In this document: one piece after another, positions 17,494-27,320 of the stretch
How positions within the stretch are numbered: position 1 is the first letter of the stretch
How the letters are laid out: the number at the start of each line of letters is the position of its first letter
Assembly (NCBI GenBank): GCA_002784245.1
Contig: PFKL01000119.1
Span: 1-35,565, forward strand
Reading direction: 5' to 3'
Source of the DNA: Comamonadaceae bacterium CG_4_10_14_3_um_filter_60_75
Lineage (GTDB): Bacteria; Pseudomonadota; Gammaproteobacteria; Burkholderiales; Burkholderiaceae_C
DNA length: 35,565 nt
The notes under the pieces: model-generated
The model's database searches: none
What the model was told of the DNA's origin: nothing
Seen by the model: only the letters and a program-made list of their open reading frames with translations
Made by a program: the position numbers and the translations under genes

Positions 17494-18708
17494 ATGGCGA
17501 AAAAAATTGTTTATGTTGTGGTCGCAGCGGTGGGGATTGCGGTGGCTTCAGCTGCCACTTGGTGGCGACAGACACGCCCGCAAGGACCGCAAGCTGTCAT
17601 GGCAAAGGTTTCAGACGGCGGCCCCGGCGCGACCCCCCGCGTTGCCGGGGTGGAGGTCGCCAAGGTGGCACCGCAAGCGCTGCGTGACGACGCGCAGGCG
17701 GTGGGCAGCTTGCGCGCAGGCCAACGCGTGATGCTGCGCCCTGAGGTGCTCGGACGCATTGCGGCGCTGAACTTCAAGGATGGCAGTCTGGTGCGCAAGG
17801 GCCATGTGCTGGTGCAGTTTGACGACACGCTGCAGCGGGCTGAAGTACAGCAAATGCAGGCCCAGTTGTCGATCGCGCAGGCCAGTTTCAAACGCACCCA
17901 GGAACTTGTGGCAGCAAATTTCATGGCGCAACAAACACTCGATACCGCAGCCGCCAATGTGCAGGTAGCCCAGGCGCAATTGGCCTTGGCGCAAGCGCGT
18001 CTGTCGCGCATGGCGGTGCGCGCGCCTTTCGAAGCTGTTGCCGGTATCCGGCTGGTCAATGTGGGCGACTACGTCAAGGATGGCGCTGATCTGGTGACGC
18101 TGGAAGATACCCGTCAGATGCTGGTGGACTTTCGTCTGCCCGAGCGGTATTCAGGTCGCCTGAAGGTGGGGCAGACGGCCGAGCTTGCCTTGGACGCTTT
18201 GCCCGGGCGCAACTTCAAGGCGGTGGTGCAAGCCATTGAACCGTTGTTGGATGCCAATGGTCGGTCCATCGGCGTGCGTGCCGTGTTGCCCAACGCCGCC
18301 CGGGACGGTGTGATCCTGCGCACTGGCATGTTTGCCCGCGTGACAGTGGTGTTCTCCTTTAATGAGGCGGCGCTGGTCGTGCCTGAAGAAGCCATTGTTC
18401 CCCAAGGCGGAAAACAGTTTGTGATCAAGGTGCTGGCGGCCACTGAGGTGCCCGAACTGGCTGGCCAACTGCCCGCTGGCACGCCATGGGTGTCACGCCG
18501 CCAGGAGGTCAAACTTGGGCTTCGTCGCCAGGGCATGGTGGAGATCACCCACGGACTCGCCGCTGGCGACACCGTGGTGGTAGCTGGACAGCAACGTCTG
18601 CAAAAAGACGGTTCCCCACTGCGCATCGTTGAGTTGGGCCGGTCGGCCGGCAAGCCTGCTGCCAGCGCCAGTCAACCCGCCGCTGCGGCAAGTGTTACCG
18701 GCAGTTAG
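17494..18708 (+). CDS. RND efflux periplasmic adaptor (MFP) subunit
   Basis: N-terminal membrane anchor, lipoyl half-motifs (GRIAALNFKDGSLVRKG; RAPFEAVAGIRLVNVGDYV), helical hairpin, LRTGMF, GDTVVVAGQ. Confidence 0.92.
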   Translation: MAKKIVYVVVAAVGIAVASAATWWRQTRPQGPQAVMAKVSDGGPGATPRVAGVEVAKVAPQALRDDAQAVGSLRAGQRVMLRPEVLGRIAALNFKDGSLVRKGHVLVQFDDTLQRAEVQQMQAQLSIAQASFKRTQELVAANFMAQQTLDTAAANVQVAQAQLALAQARLSRMAVRAPFEAVAGIRLVNVGDYVKDGADLVTLEDTRQMLVDFRLPERYSGRLKVGQTAELALDALPGRNFKAVVQAIEPLLDANGRSIGVRAVLPNAARDGVILRTGMFARVTVVFSFNEAALVVPEEAIVPQGGKQFVIKVLAATEVPELAGQLPAGTPWVSRRQEVKLGLRRQGMVEITHGLAAGDTVVVAGQQRLQKDGSPLRIVELGRSAGKPAASASQPAAAASVTGS

Positions 18709-18723
18709 GCCAGAGAAATCATT

Positions 18724-21700
18724 ATGCAACTGGCTGAAACATCGATTCGTCGTCCGGTCTTTGCTACCGTGCTGTCGCTGCTCATCGTGCTGGTTGGCGC
18801 GGTATCGTTCAATACGTTGTCGGTACGCGAATACCCCAAAATTGACGAGCCGGTGGTGTCGGTCACCACCAGTTTTGGTGGCGCCTCCAGTGAGGTGATG
18901 GAAGCGCAGGTTACCAAGGTGTTGGAGGACTCGCTCTCGGGCATCGAAGGGGTGGACGTGATCACTTCCAGCAGTCGGCCAGAGCGCAGCCAGATTTCTG
19001 TGCGCTTTGTTTTGAGCCGGGATCCAGATGCTGCGGCTGCCGATGTGCGCGACAAAGTGACACGGGTGCGCCGACGCTTGCCACAAGGCATTGATGAACC
19101 GGTGATCGCCAAGGTGGAAGCCGAGTCGTTCCCGGTTGTTTTCCTGGCGCTGAGTTCAGACACGCACAGTGCCTTGCAGTTGTCCGAGATGGCCAATACG
19201 CTGGTCAAGCCCGTACTGCAGACCGCACCCGGCGCGGCTGAGGTGAACATCTATGGCGAACGCAAATTTGCCATGCGGATCTGGGTCGACCCCGACAAAC
19301 TGGGCGCCTACAAGCTGACGGTACAAGACCTGGAAGACGCCCTGCGCCGTTCCAACCTGGAGGTGCCCGCCGGTCGCATTGAGAGCACGCTGCGGGAGTT
19401 CAATGTCACAACGGCGACCGATCTGCAAACACCACACCAATTCAGCCAGGTGGTGATTCGCACGGTCAACGGTCAGTCGATTCGCATGGGTGACGTGGCC
19501 CGGGTGCAAGAGGCGCCGGTCGACGAGCGATCTTACGTGCGGCTCAATGGCCGCGACGCTGTCGGTGTGGGTGTCGTCAAACAAAGTACGGCCAACCCGC
19601 TGGAACTCTCCCGTGGCGTCGTTGGCTTGCTGGGCAAATTACGGCGCGACTTACCGCCAGGCGTACAGATTGAGGTGGCCAACGACAACTCGGTGTTCAT
19701 TGACCAATCGATCAAGGCGGTGTTCAAGACGATTGTCGAAGCCGTGGTGTTGGTGGCGTTGGTGATTTTTGTGTTTTTGCGCACGCTGCGCGCGTCGCTG
19801 ATTCCGCTGGTAACTATTCCCGTGGCGCTTGTGGGTACTTTTGCCATGATGGCACTGGCGGGTTTCAGCATCAATACGCTGACGCTGCTGGCCCTGGTGC
19901 TGGCCATTGGCCTGGTGGTGGACGACGCCATTGTCATGCTGGAGAACATTTATCGCCATATTGAAGAGGGCCTGCCGCCGTTTCAAGCTGCGATTCGGGG
20001 TGCGCGTGAGGTGGGTTTCGCCATTGTGGCCATGACCATGACACTCGTGGCAGTTTATGCGCCATTGGCGTTTTCCCCCGGACGCACCGGGCGGTTGTTC
20101 ACCGAATTTGCGCTGGCGCTCGCCGGTGCAGTGGTGATCTCTGGCCTGGTGGCGCTCACCTTGTCGCCGATGATGAGTTCGCTGCTGTTGCGTCACAACC
20201 CACGTCCGACCTGGTTTGATTCGCACATGGAAGGCCTGCTGGGACGGGTGACCCGCACCTACAGCAAGATGCTGGCCTGGACTTTGCAACGGCGCTACCT
20301 GGTATTGCTGGTGATGGCAGCCAGTGGGCTGCTCACCTGGTGGGCTTTGGGCGACATCAAACGCGAACTCTCGCCGCTCGAAGATCGTGGCGTGGTGTTG
20401 GCGCGCATTAACGCGCCAGACGGGGCGACGCTGGCTTACACCGATCGTTATGCCCACAGCATCGAACGCATTGCCGAGGACTACCCCGAGTTCGACCGTA
20501 TTTTTGCCACCGTTGGTAACCCCACGGTGGCGCAGGGCAACGTCTTTTTCAGAGCCAAACCCTGGCAGGAACGCCAACGCACCACACTTGAAATGGCGCG
20601 TGCCATGGCGCCGCGTGTGTCGGGCCTCTCAGGCGTGAGTGCCACGCCGATCACGCCACCGTCGCTTGGGCAAGGGTTTCGCAGTCAACCCATCGAGTAC
20701 GTTCTGATCACCTCCGAAAGTTACCAGGAGCTGGCCGGGACCGTGCGCGCTTTTCAGGATGAGTTGGCCAGGAACCCCGGCTTTGTCCAGGTCGATACTG
20801 ACTTGCGTTTGAACAAGCCCGAGATCAGGCTCGAAGTTGACCGCGAGCGCGCCGCCGACATGGGCGTCGCCGTGGATTTGATTGCGCGGGCCATAGAGAC
20901 CCTGCTGGGTGGGCGCAATGTCACGCGCTACAAACGTGGCGGGGAGCAGTACGACGTGATCGTGCAGACCACGCCCAGCGGACGGGATACGCCCGACGAT
21001 ATTGAAAAATTCTTTGTTCGTGGCAAGGGTCTTGAGCTGATTCCTTTGACGGCCTTGGTCAAGGTGCGCGAGGTGGTTGTTCCGCGTGAGCTGATCCATT
21101 TTGGGCAACGACGTTCTGCCACGATCACGTCAAATTTGAGTCCGAATTATTCGGTGGGTGAGGCGCTGGCGTTCATGAATGCCACCGCGCAAAAAGTGCT
21201 TAAACCTGGCTACGCCACTGATCTGAACGGCATCAGCCGTGAATTCAAAAAATCGTCCGCTTCACTTGCGATCGTCTTTGCATTGGCGCTGTTGTTTATC
21301 TTTTTGGTACTGGCGGCGCAGTTTGAAAGCTTCATTGATCCGTTCGTGATTCTGCTGAGCGTGCCGCTGTCGATGGCCGGGGCGTTGCTGGCGCTGAAGT
21401 GGTCAGGTGGTACCTTGAATGTTTTCAGCCAGATCGGGCTGATCACCTTGGTTGGCTTGATTACCAAGCACGGCATCCTGATTGTTGCGTTTGCCAACCA
21501 ATTGCGTGAACAGGGGCTGGACACGCTGGCAGCCGTCAAGCAATCTGCTGCGCAACGCCTGCGCCCGATCATGATGACCACCGGTGCCATGGTGCTCGGT
21601 GCGGTGCCGCTGGCTTTGGCCACTGGTGCCGGTGCCGAGAGCCGCCATCAAATTGGTTGGGTGATTGTGGGCGGCATGAGTCTGGGGACCTTGCTGACCG

Positions 21701-21792
21701 TGTTCGTGGTGCCGACCATGTACACCTTGCTGGCGCGAAAAAAGGTCCCCGGACCCAAAAAAGAGCCGGCGTTGGCAACGTCGGCGGGGTGA
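18724..21792 (+). CDS. RND efflux permease (AcrB/AcrD/AcrF family)
   Basis: 1022 aa; IRRPVFA N-terminus and proton-relay motifs GLVVDDAIVMLEN, ITKHGILIV, RLRPIMMTT. Confidence 0.95.
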   Translation: MQLAETSIRRPVFATVLSLLIVLVGAVSFNTLSVREYPKIDEPVVSVTTSFGGASSEVMEAQVTKVLEDSLSGIEGVDVITSSSRPERSQISVRFVLSRDPDAAAADVRDKVTRVRRRLPQGIDEPVIAKVEAESFPVVFLALSSDTHSALQLSEMANTLVKPVLQTAPGAAEVNIYGERKFAMRIWVDPDKLGAYKLTVQDLEDALRRSNLEVPAGRIESTLREFNVTTATDLQTPHQFSQVVIRTVNGQSIRMGDVARVQEAPVDERSYVRLNGRDAVGVGVVKQSTANPLELSRGVVGLLGKLRRDLPPGVQIEVANDNSVFIDQSIKAVFKTIVEAVVLVALVIFVFLRTLRASLIPLVTIPVALVGTFAMMALAGFSINTLTLLALVLAIGLVVDDAIVMLENIYRHIEEGLPPFQAAIRGAREVGFAIVAMTMTLVAVYAPLAFSPGRTGRLFTEFALALAGAVVISGLVALTLSPMMSSLLLRHNPRPTWFDSHMEGLLGRVTRTYSKMLAWTLQRRYLVLLVMAASGLLTWWALGDIKRELSPLEDRGVVLARINAPDGATLAYTDRYAHSIERIAEDYPEFDRIFATVGNPTVAQGNVFFRAKPWQERQRTTLEMARAMAPRVSGLSGVSATPITPPSLGQGFRSQPIEYVLITSESYQELAGTVRAFQDELARNPGFVQVDTDLRLNKPEIRLEVDRERAADMGVAVDLIARAIETLLGGRNVTRYKRGGEQYDVIVQTTPSGRDTPDDIEKFFVRGKGLELIPLTALVKVREVVVPRELIHFGQRRSATITSNLSPNYSVGEALAFMNATAQKVLKPGYATDLNGISREFKKSSASLAIVFALALLFIFLVLAAQFESFIDPFVILLSVPLSMAGALLALKWSGGTLNVFSQIGLITLVGLITKHGILIVAFANQLREQGLDTLAAVKQSAAQRLRPIMMTTGAMVLGAVPLALATGAGAESRHQIGWVIVGGMSLGTLLTVFVVPTMYTLLARKKVPGPKKEPALATSAG

Positions 21793-21850
21793 CTTAGGGC
21801 TCGGCATGGGCAGCCGGCGCAAAGCGCTGATCCGGGACTGGCCTGGTGAA

Positions 21851-23038
21851 TCAGCCTTGACGCTCAAATATGGCAGCAATGCCCTGGCCACCGCCGATGC
21901 ACATGGTGACCAGCGCGTAGCGCCCGCCAATGCGTTCAAGTTCATACAGCGCTTTCACGGTGATCAGCGCACCAGTCGCGCCAATCGGATGACCCAGCGA
22001 GATGCCCGAGCCGTTGGGGTTGACCTTGGCCGGGTCCAGACCCAGATCCCGACTGACGGCGCAGGCTTGCGCAGCGAATGCTTCGTTGGCTTCGATCACA
22101 TCGAGGTCTTTGACGGTCAGTCCAGCTTTTTTGAGCGCCAGTTGCGACGCTGGCACCGGGCCAATGCCCATGTATTGGGGGTCAACGCCGGCGTGTGCAT
22201 ACGCCACCAGGCGGGCCAGCGGCTTGAGACCACGCGCTTTGGCTGTGGCGGCTTCCATCAGCACCACAGCGGCGGCGGCGTCGTTGATGCCCGAGGCATT
22301 ACCGGCGGTGACGGTGCCGTTTTCTTTCAGGAAAGCGGGTTTGAGCTTGGCCAGCTCGGCCATGGTGCAGTTCGGGCGGTAATGCTCGTCGGTGTCAAAA
22401 ACGATGTCACCTTTGCGGCTCTTGAGGGTGATGGGCATGATCTGGCTTTTGAAATAGCCGGACTCAATGGCACGTTGCGCACGGTTATGGCTCTCCAGCG
22501 CAAGCTGGTCCTGGTCCAAGCGGGTAATTCCCCATTTGGCCGCGATGTTCTCTGCTGTCACGCCCATGTGCACTACATGGAAAGGGTCGTGCAGCGCACC
22601 GACGACCATGTCGACCATCTTGGTGTCATTCATGCGTGCGCCCCAGCGCATGTTCAGGCTGGCGTAGGGCGCTCGACTCATGCCTTCGGCGCCACCGCCA
22701 ATGGCGATATCGGCATCGCCGAGCAAAATACTCTGGCTGGCGCACACAATGGCCTGCAAACCCGAGCCGCACAGGCGGTTGACGTTGAACGCGGGCACAC
22801 CTTCGGCACAGCCACCATTGATCGCCGCCACGCGTGACAGGTACATGTCTTTGGGCTCGGTGTTGACCACATGGCCAAAGACCACATGGTCAACTTCGTC
22901 GCCCTTGACCTGGGCACGGGCGAGCACTTCACGCACGATCTGCGCGGCGGTTTCGGTCGGGGCAATGTCCTTGAGGCTGCCGCCATAGGTACCAATGGCG
23001 GTGCGGGCACCGCTGACAATCACAACTTCACGTGTCAT
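21851..23038 (-). CDS. bktB: Beta-ketothiolase (acetyl-CoA C-acyltransferase), BktB-like
   Basis: MTREVVIVSGARTAIGTYGGSLKD, VNRLCGSG, NEAFAAQ, GHPIGATG, MCIGGGQG. Confidence 0.88.
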   Translation of the reverse strand: MTREVVIVSGARTAIGTYGGSLKDIAPTETAAQIVREVLARAQVKGDEVDHVVFGHVVNTEPKDMYLSRVAAINGGCAEGVPAFNVNRLCGSGLQAIVCASQSILLGDADIAIGGGAEGMSRAPYASLNMRWGARMNDTKMVDMVVGALHDPFHVVHMGVTAENIAAKWGITRLDQDQLALESHNRAQRAIESGYFKSQIMPITLKSRKGDIVFDTDEHYRPNCTMAELAKLKPAFLKENGTVTAGNASGINDAAAAVVLMEAATAKARGLKPLARLVAYAHAGVDPQYMGIGPVPASQLALKKAGLTVKDLDVIEANEAFAAQACAVSRDLGLDPAKVNPNGSGISLGHPIGATGALITVKALYELERIGGRYALVTMCIGGGQGIAAIFERQG

Positions 23039-23123
23039 AAAAATTCTCCAGGGCGAAAATTAAAAAAAGGCGTTCCATCTTAGCGCGCTAACGAGCTGTG
23101 GATGGGGGCTCAAGTTATTCCGG

Positions 23124-23879
23124 TCAGCCGCGCACGTCGGCCACTGGGTCGCAACCAAAGCCAGCGCGTTGCAAATAGCGTAATACCCGTGTGGCAGCCT
23201 CTTGGGCTGACGCGAGGTGGCCAGCTTCTTTGAGCTGGGCAAAGGCGACTTGATCGGGAAAATCTTCGGGCTTGGCTTGGCGCAGCTGGCTCTGCATATC
23301 GGTATCAATCACGCCTGGCGCCAATGAAACCACTTTGGCACCATTGGCCTGGCGCGCTTCATCGAGCGCCAGGCAACGGGTGAAATGGTCCATGCCGGCC
23401 TTGGCAGCGCAATACGCCGACTGCGAGGCCATCGGCCGCCGCCCCAGGCCAGAGGAAATGTTGAGCACCCTGCGCGCGACACGCCATTGCCGGGTCACCG
23501 CCAGGAACGTGGCTGTGAGCAGCATCGGCGCTTCCAGGCCCACCCGCAGTGCCCGACTCAGATCGTCGGCGTTGGACTCACTCAGAGGTGCCAATGGCGG
23601 GATCATGCCGGCGTTGTTGATCAAGGTGGCGCTGGCGAAGGTTTCTTCAGACAGCGGACGCAACCATTGTTTGAGCCGCTCGCATACGGGCTGGACGTCA
23701 GCCAGATCGGCATGCCACTGGTCCAGCGTCATACCAGTTTGCTGCGCGCGCAGCGCCAGGTGGGTGGCGTCATGGCGCGAAATGCACAGCAGCTGGTTTT
23801 CAGGCGCCAACAATTGCTCCGCCAGACACAGGCCCATGCCGCGTGAGGCACCGGTGATGATGTAGAGGTGTTTGCTCAT
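23124..23879 (-). CDS. Short-chain dehydrogenase/reductase (sepiapterin/benzil reductase-like)
   Basis: MSKHLYIITGASRGMG, LINNAG, NISSG, YCAAK, PGVIDTDMQ. Confidence 0.9.
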   Translation of the reverse strand: MSKHLYIITGASRGMGLCLAEQLLAPENQLLCISRHDATHLALRAQQTGMTLDQWHADLADVQPVCERLKQWLRPLSEETFASATLINNAGMIPPLAPLSESNADDLSRALRVGLEAPMLLTATFLAVTRQWRVARRVLNISSGLGRRPMASQSAYCAAKAGMDHFTRCLALDEARQANGAKVVSLAPGVIDTDMQSQLRQAKPEDFPDQVAFAQLKEAGHLASAQEAATRVLRYLQRAGFGCDPVADVRG

Positions 23880-23962
23880 GATTTGATGGCAATCAAAATA
23901 ATGGTGATCGGTGTAGCTATGATGGACCTTAACCACGGTGGTTACTTTACTAGGAGTAAAAC

Positions 23963-24283
23963 ATGCAAGTCCAAATTCGCACAGACAATCATATCGAGGG
24001 CACTGATGCCATGGCCAAATGGGCAAGCACCACCATCAAAGACGCTTTGACGCGTTTCAGCGGTCAAATCACCCGCGTTGAGGCGCACTTGAGCGATCTC
24101 AATGGGGGCAAAAAGAATACCGCCGAAAGTATTCAATGCACCATGGAAGCGCGCCTTGAAGGTCATCAACCACTGGCGGTCAAGCATCTTGGCGCCAATC
24201 TGAACCAGGCCATTGAAGGCGGCGTAGAAAAATTGGGGCGGCTCATTGACAGCACGCTCGGCCGCGCCACCGCCAAGGTGTAG
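23963..24283 (+). CDS. HPF/RaiA family ribosome-associated protein
   Basis: MQVQIRTDNHIEG...ITRVEAHLSDLNG...CTMEARLEG; AGGAG SD. Confidence 0.82.
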   Translation: MQVQIRTDNHIEGTDAMAKWASTTIKDALTRFSGQITRVEAHLSDLNGGKKNTAESIQCTMEARLEGHQPLAVKHLGANLNQAIEGGVEKLGRLIDSTLGRATAKV

Positions 24284-24286
24284 GGA

Positions 24287-24946
24287 TCAAAAAGGCGCCG
24301 GGCTGTCAAAGCGCAGCGACTCCCTAGTGACAGGGTGTGCCAATTGCAGGCGTGTGGCGTGCAGCAGCATGCGTTGGCTGCGCGCTGCCACGTGGCTTGG
24401 TGCATACAAGGTGTCGCCAAGAATTGGATGGCCTATGGCCGCGAGGTGCACGCGCAATTGGTGCGATCGCCCGGTCACCGGCGCCAAGAGCAGTCGGCTT
24501 GCGCAGAGGGATTCCTCGTGGGTGATCAAGCGCCAAAGCGTCTGACTGGGTTTACCTTGCGCAGGATCGATGATGCGCAGGGGTCGCCGCGGCCAATCCA
24601 GCGCTATTGGCAAATCAATGCTTTGCCATTCGTCAGGGTTTACAGCCGGCTCGATCATTGCGTCGACCAGCGCTTCATAGTTTTTTTCAACCTGGCGATT
24701 GGCGAACGCCAGGCTCAAGATGCGCTGATTGGCAGCGCCACGGGCCATCAACAGCAAACCGGAGGTTGCCATGTCGAGCCGATGCACGATGCGAGCGTCT
24801 GCAAAGTGCTGCATCACCCGGGCGCTCAGACAGTCTTGTTTGTCAGCACCTCGCCCAGGCACGCTAAGCAGATCGGCCGGCTTGTCAAACACCAGCAGTG
24901 TGTCGTCAGCAAAAACCAACGCAGTACCCTGCGGTGCGATGATCAA
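24287..24946 (-). CDS. rluA: RluA family pseudouridine synthase
   Basis: DKPADLLSVPGRG, VHRLDMATSG, TGRSHQLRVH, GHPILGDTLY, MLLHA. Likely TTG start overlapping the kinase stop (TTGA). Confidence 0.88.
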   Translation of the reverse strand: MIIAPQGTALVFADDTLLVFDKPADLLSVPGRGADKQDCLSARVMQHFADARIVHRLDMATSGLLLMARGAANQRILSLAFANRQVEKNYEALVDAMIEPAVNPDEWQSIDLPIALDWPRRPLRIIDPAQGKPSQTLWRLITHEESLCASRLLLAPVTGRSHQLRVHLAAIGHPILGDTLYAPSHVAARSQRMLLHATRLQLAHPVTRESLRFDSPAPF

Positions 24947-27036
24947 GGCGCAGTACCGGCAAGCAAAGCCGCAACAACCCGGCATAGCTCGTCCGCATCG
25001 TTGGGCTTGTGAATGAGCGCGCGCGCGCCAGCTGCCAGTGCATCGCGTTCAATTTCTGGCGTGACATAACCCGAGGCCAAAGCCGTCGGCAAATCCGGCC
25101 GGACGGCATGAACCGCGCGCAGCAGGTCGACGCCGCTGAAACCGGGCATGTTGAAATCCGTGATCAAAACATCGCACTCGCTGGGCGCGTGCGTCAGCGA
25201 CGCGATTGCCGCCCTGGCATCGGTATAGGCAATGACCCGGTACCCATGCCGACTGAGCAAGCGCTTGACCAAAAAAAGCTGGGCTTCGTCATCGTCAACC
25301 ACCATCACGCGTTGCCCATCACCTCTTGGCGATTCGCTAACCGAAAGCGTCGCGGCGCTACCGACGCTTGGCCGGCTTGTCTGCGCAAAGTACAGCGTGA
25401 AGCAGGTGCCTTGGCCGGGTTGACTCTCAATGATCACCTTGCCATTGTGGGCTTGCATGATGCCGTGCACCACTGAAAGCCCAAGCCCTGTGCCCTGGCC
25501 CACCGGCTTGGTTGTGAAAAATGGCTCAAAGATGCGCTCCTGCGTCGCAGCGTCCATGCCGCAGCCGGTGTCGGTGACGCGCAAGACAACCGGATCTTCA
25601 GGGTAGGGCACAGCGTTCTCAGGCCAGGCTTCATGGCATGTCAACGCCACACAGATGTTGCCGGCTTTCTGGCCAATGGCGTGCAGGGCGTTGGTTAACA
25701 GATTGAGCAGAACTTGCTCGATCTGGGTGGGATCGGCCAGCACTGGCGGCATGTTCTCGTCGATGGTGCTGCTTAAAGTGACGTTGGGTGGCAGACTCAC
25801 CTGGAACAGGCGCACAGTCTCTTGCACGACGTCAGGCAGAGACAGGGCAATCCGGTGCGGCTTTTCGTTACGGCTGAAGGTCAGAATCTGGCGCACCAGG
25901 TCACGCGCTCGCCGACTGGCTTTCTCGATCTCATGCAGGCTGGTCGTGACCTGCGGGTTGTCAAGGGCATCCTGCTTGGCCAAGGCCAGATTGCCCAGGA
26001 TGGCGCCAATGATGTTGTTGAAGTCGTGGGCGATGCCACCGGCCAATGTGCCGATCGCCTGCATTTTCTGTGACTCACGCAGTTGCCGTTCCAACGTCGA
26101 TCGATGGAATTCCATCTTTTTTCGGGTTGTGAGGTCATGCACAAAAAAGGTGGCGCTGGCACCGTCGGGTTGGTGCTCCAGCGAAAGACTGACTTCAACC
26201 GCGACCGGTTCACCGCGGTAATTACGTGCAGTCATTTCGCCCAACTGGACAGGTGCGCGGGTATTTGTTTGCGTCAATGCCGCGCCAGCGTCTGGCAACA
26301 GCAGCGCAACTGGCTGTCCGAGAATCTGCGCGTGCGCATAACCAAACAGCGCCTGCGCCGCCGGATTAAACACGGTAATACGCTGCGCTGTATCGGTTGA
26401 AACGATTGGGTCGAGCGACGCATCGATGATGGCAGCAAGGCGGCTGCGGCTTTGTAGAAGTTGTTCGTTGCGTAGCTGCAGGGCGTCGGCACTGGACTGC
26501 AAGGCGCTGCGTTGGGCGATCAGCGGGCTCTGATCGACGATGGCGCAGATAAACTGGACACAGTCCAGTTCGGTACTGTCAAGCCTGGCGATGTGCAGGT
26601 CGCCGAAGAGAAAGCGATCAAGGCCCGCCTGCATGGACACTTCAGCCAATTCACAAATGCCGTCTTCACGGGCTTTGACAAAACCCGCTTGCACCCTGCC
26701 TGCATCCGCCTCGGCAATGAGCGGCAGAAAATACGTCAGCGGTGGATCAGTCTCTTCGGGGCGCAGCAAAGCCAAGGCCCGCGCGTTGTTTTGCAAAATC
26801 TGGCTTTGATCGTCAACCACCATCAGCGCCAGAGGTACGCCGGAAAAAAGGGTCACAAAACGCTCGTAGGCCGCCTCCGCTGCAGTCTGGCTAAAACGCA
26901 GCGCCTTGTTCCGGATTTCCAGTTCAGACTGGTAGTGACGCAGGTCTTCAACCAGCCTCGAATGGGGCAGGGCTGCCTTGCGACCAAGAGCGCGCCGCTG
27001 CGGGCCACCGAGCAGTGACCGTCCGTTGGCCTTCAC
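24943..27036 (-). CDS. PAS-domain hybrid sensor histidine kinase/response regulator
   Basis: Two PAS-like regions, H-box AGGIAHDFNN, N-box QVLLNLLTNA, DTGCGM, FEPFFTTK..GTGLGL, C-terminal receiver (VVDDD, ITDFNMP). No TM segments; start uncertain. Confidence 0.92.
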   Translation of the reverse strand: MKANGRSLLGGPQRRALGRKAALPHSRLVEDLRHYQSELEIRNKALRFSQTAAEAAYERFVTLFSGVPLALMVVDDQSQILQNNARALALLRPEETDPPLTYFLPLIAEADAGRVQAGFVKAREDGICELAEVSMQAGLDRFLFGDLHIARLDSTELDCVQFICAIVDQSPLIAQRSALQSSADALQLRNEQLLQSRSRLAAIIDASLDPIVSTDTAQRITVFNPAAQALFGYAHAQILGQPVALLLPDAGAALTQTNTRAPVQLGEMTARNYRGEPVAVEVSLSLEHQPDGASATFFVHDLTTRKKMEFHRSTLERQLRESQKMQAIGTLAGGIAHDFNNIIGAILGNLALAKQDALDNPQVTTSLHEIEKASRRARDLVRQILTFSRNEKPHRIALSLPDVVQETVRLFQVSLPPNVTLSSTIDENMPPVLADPTQIEQVLLNLLTNALHAIGQKAGNICVALTCHEAWPENAVPYPEDPVVLRVTDTGCGMDAATQERIFEPFFTTKPVGQGTGLGLSVVHGIMQAHNGKVIIESQPGQGTCFTLYFAQTSRPSVGSAATLSVSESPRGDGQRVMVVDDDEAQLFLVKRLLSRHGYRVIAYTDARAAIASLTHAPSECDVLITDFNMPGFSGVDLLRAVHAVRPDLPTALASGYVTPEIERDALAAGARALIHKPNDADELCRVVAALLAGTAP

Positions 27037-27052
27037 TGCAATGCAAAACTCA

Positions 27053-27202
27053 TCAGCGCTGCGCGTTCTTCAACTTGCCGCGCACGGGAACCACGGTGGT
27101 GATGCTTGGTCGCACCGCGTCGGCCGACACTGGCTTGGGCGGTGAGGTGTCTTTCTTCGGCTTCTTCACCATCTTGTTGCTGTTTTGCTGACCTTTGGCC
27201 AT
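27053..27202 (-). CDS. Small basic hypothetical protein (49 aa)
   Basis: Not in the ORF track. MAKGQQNSNKMVKKPKKDTSPPKPVSADAVRPSITTVVPVRGKLKNAQR, GGAG SD 7 nt upstream, tandem TGA TGA stops. Confidence 0.75.
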   Translation of the reverse strand: MAKGQQNSNKMVKKPKKDTSPPKPVSADAVRPSITTVVPVRGKLKNAQR

Positions 27203-27320
27203 GACGTGTCTCCAGTGGATTGAAGTGATGCGTTATACGCTGTCATTATCGATCGATCTGCCGCACCAATCCGGGTTATGAATGCATTGGACGCCAGCGT
27301 ACAGGCCCACAGGTCGCTCA

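Noticed and set aside
21806-22837. 343-aa plus-strand ORF, and similar long ORFs at 6358..7050, 19651..20577, 27591..28451 and 34492..35289
   Set aside because: Antisense to well-supported genes; long antisense ORFs are expected from GC-rich codon bias.
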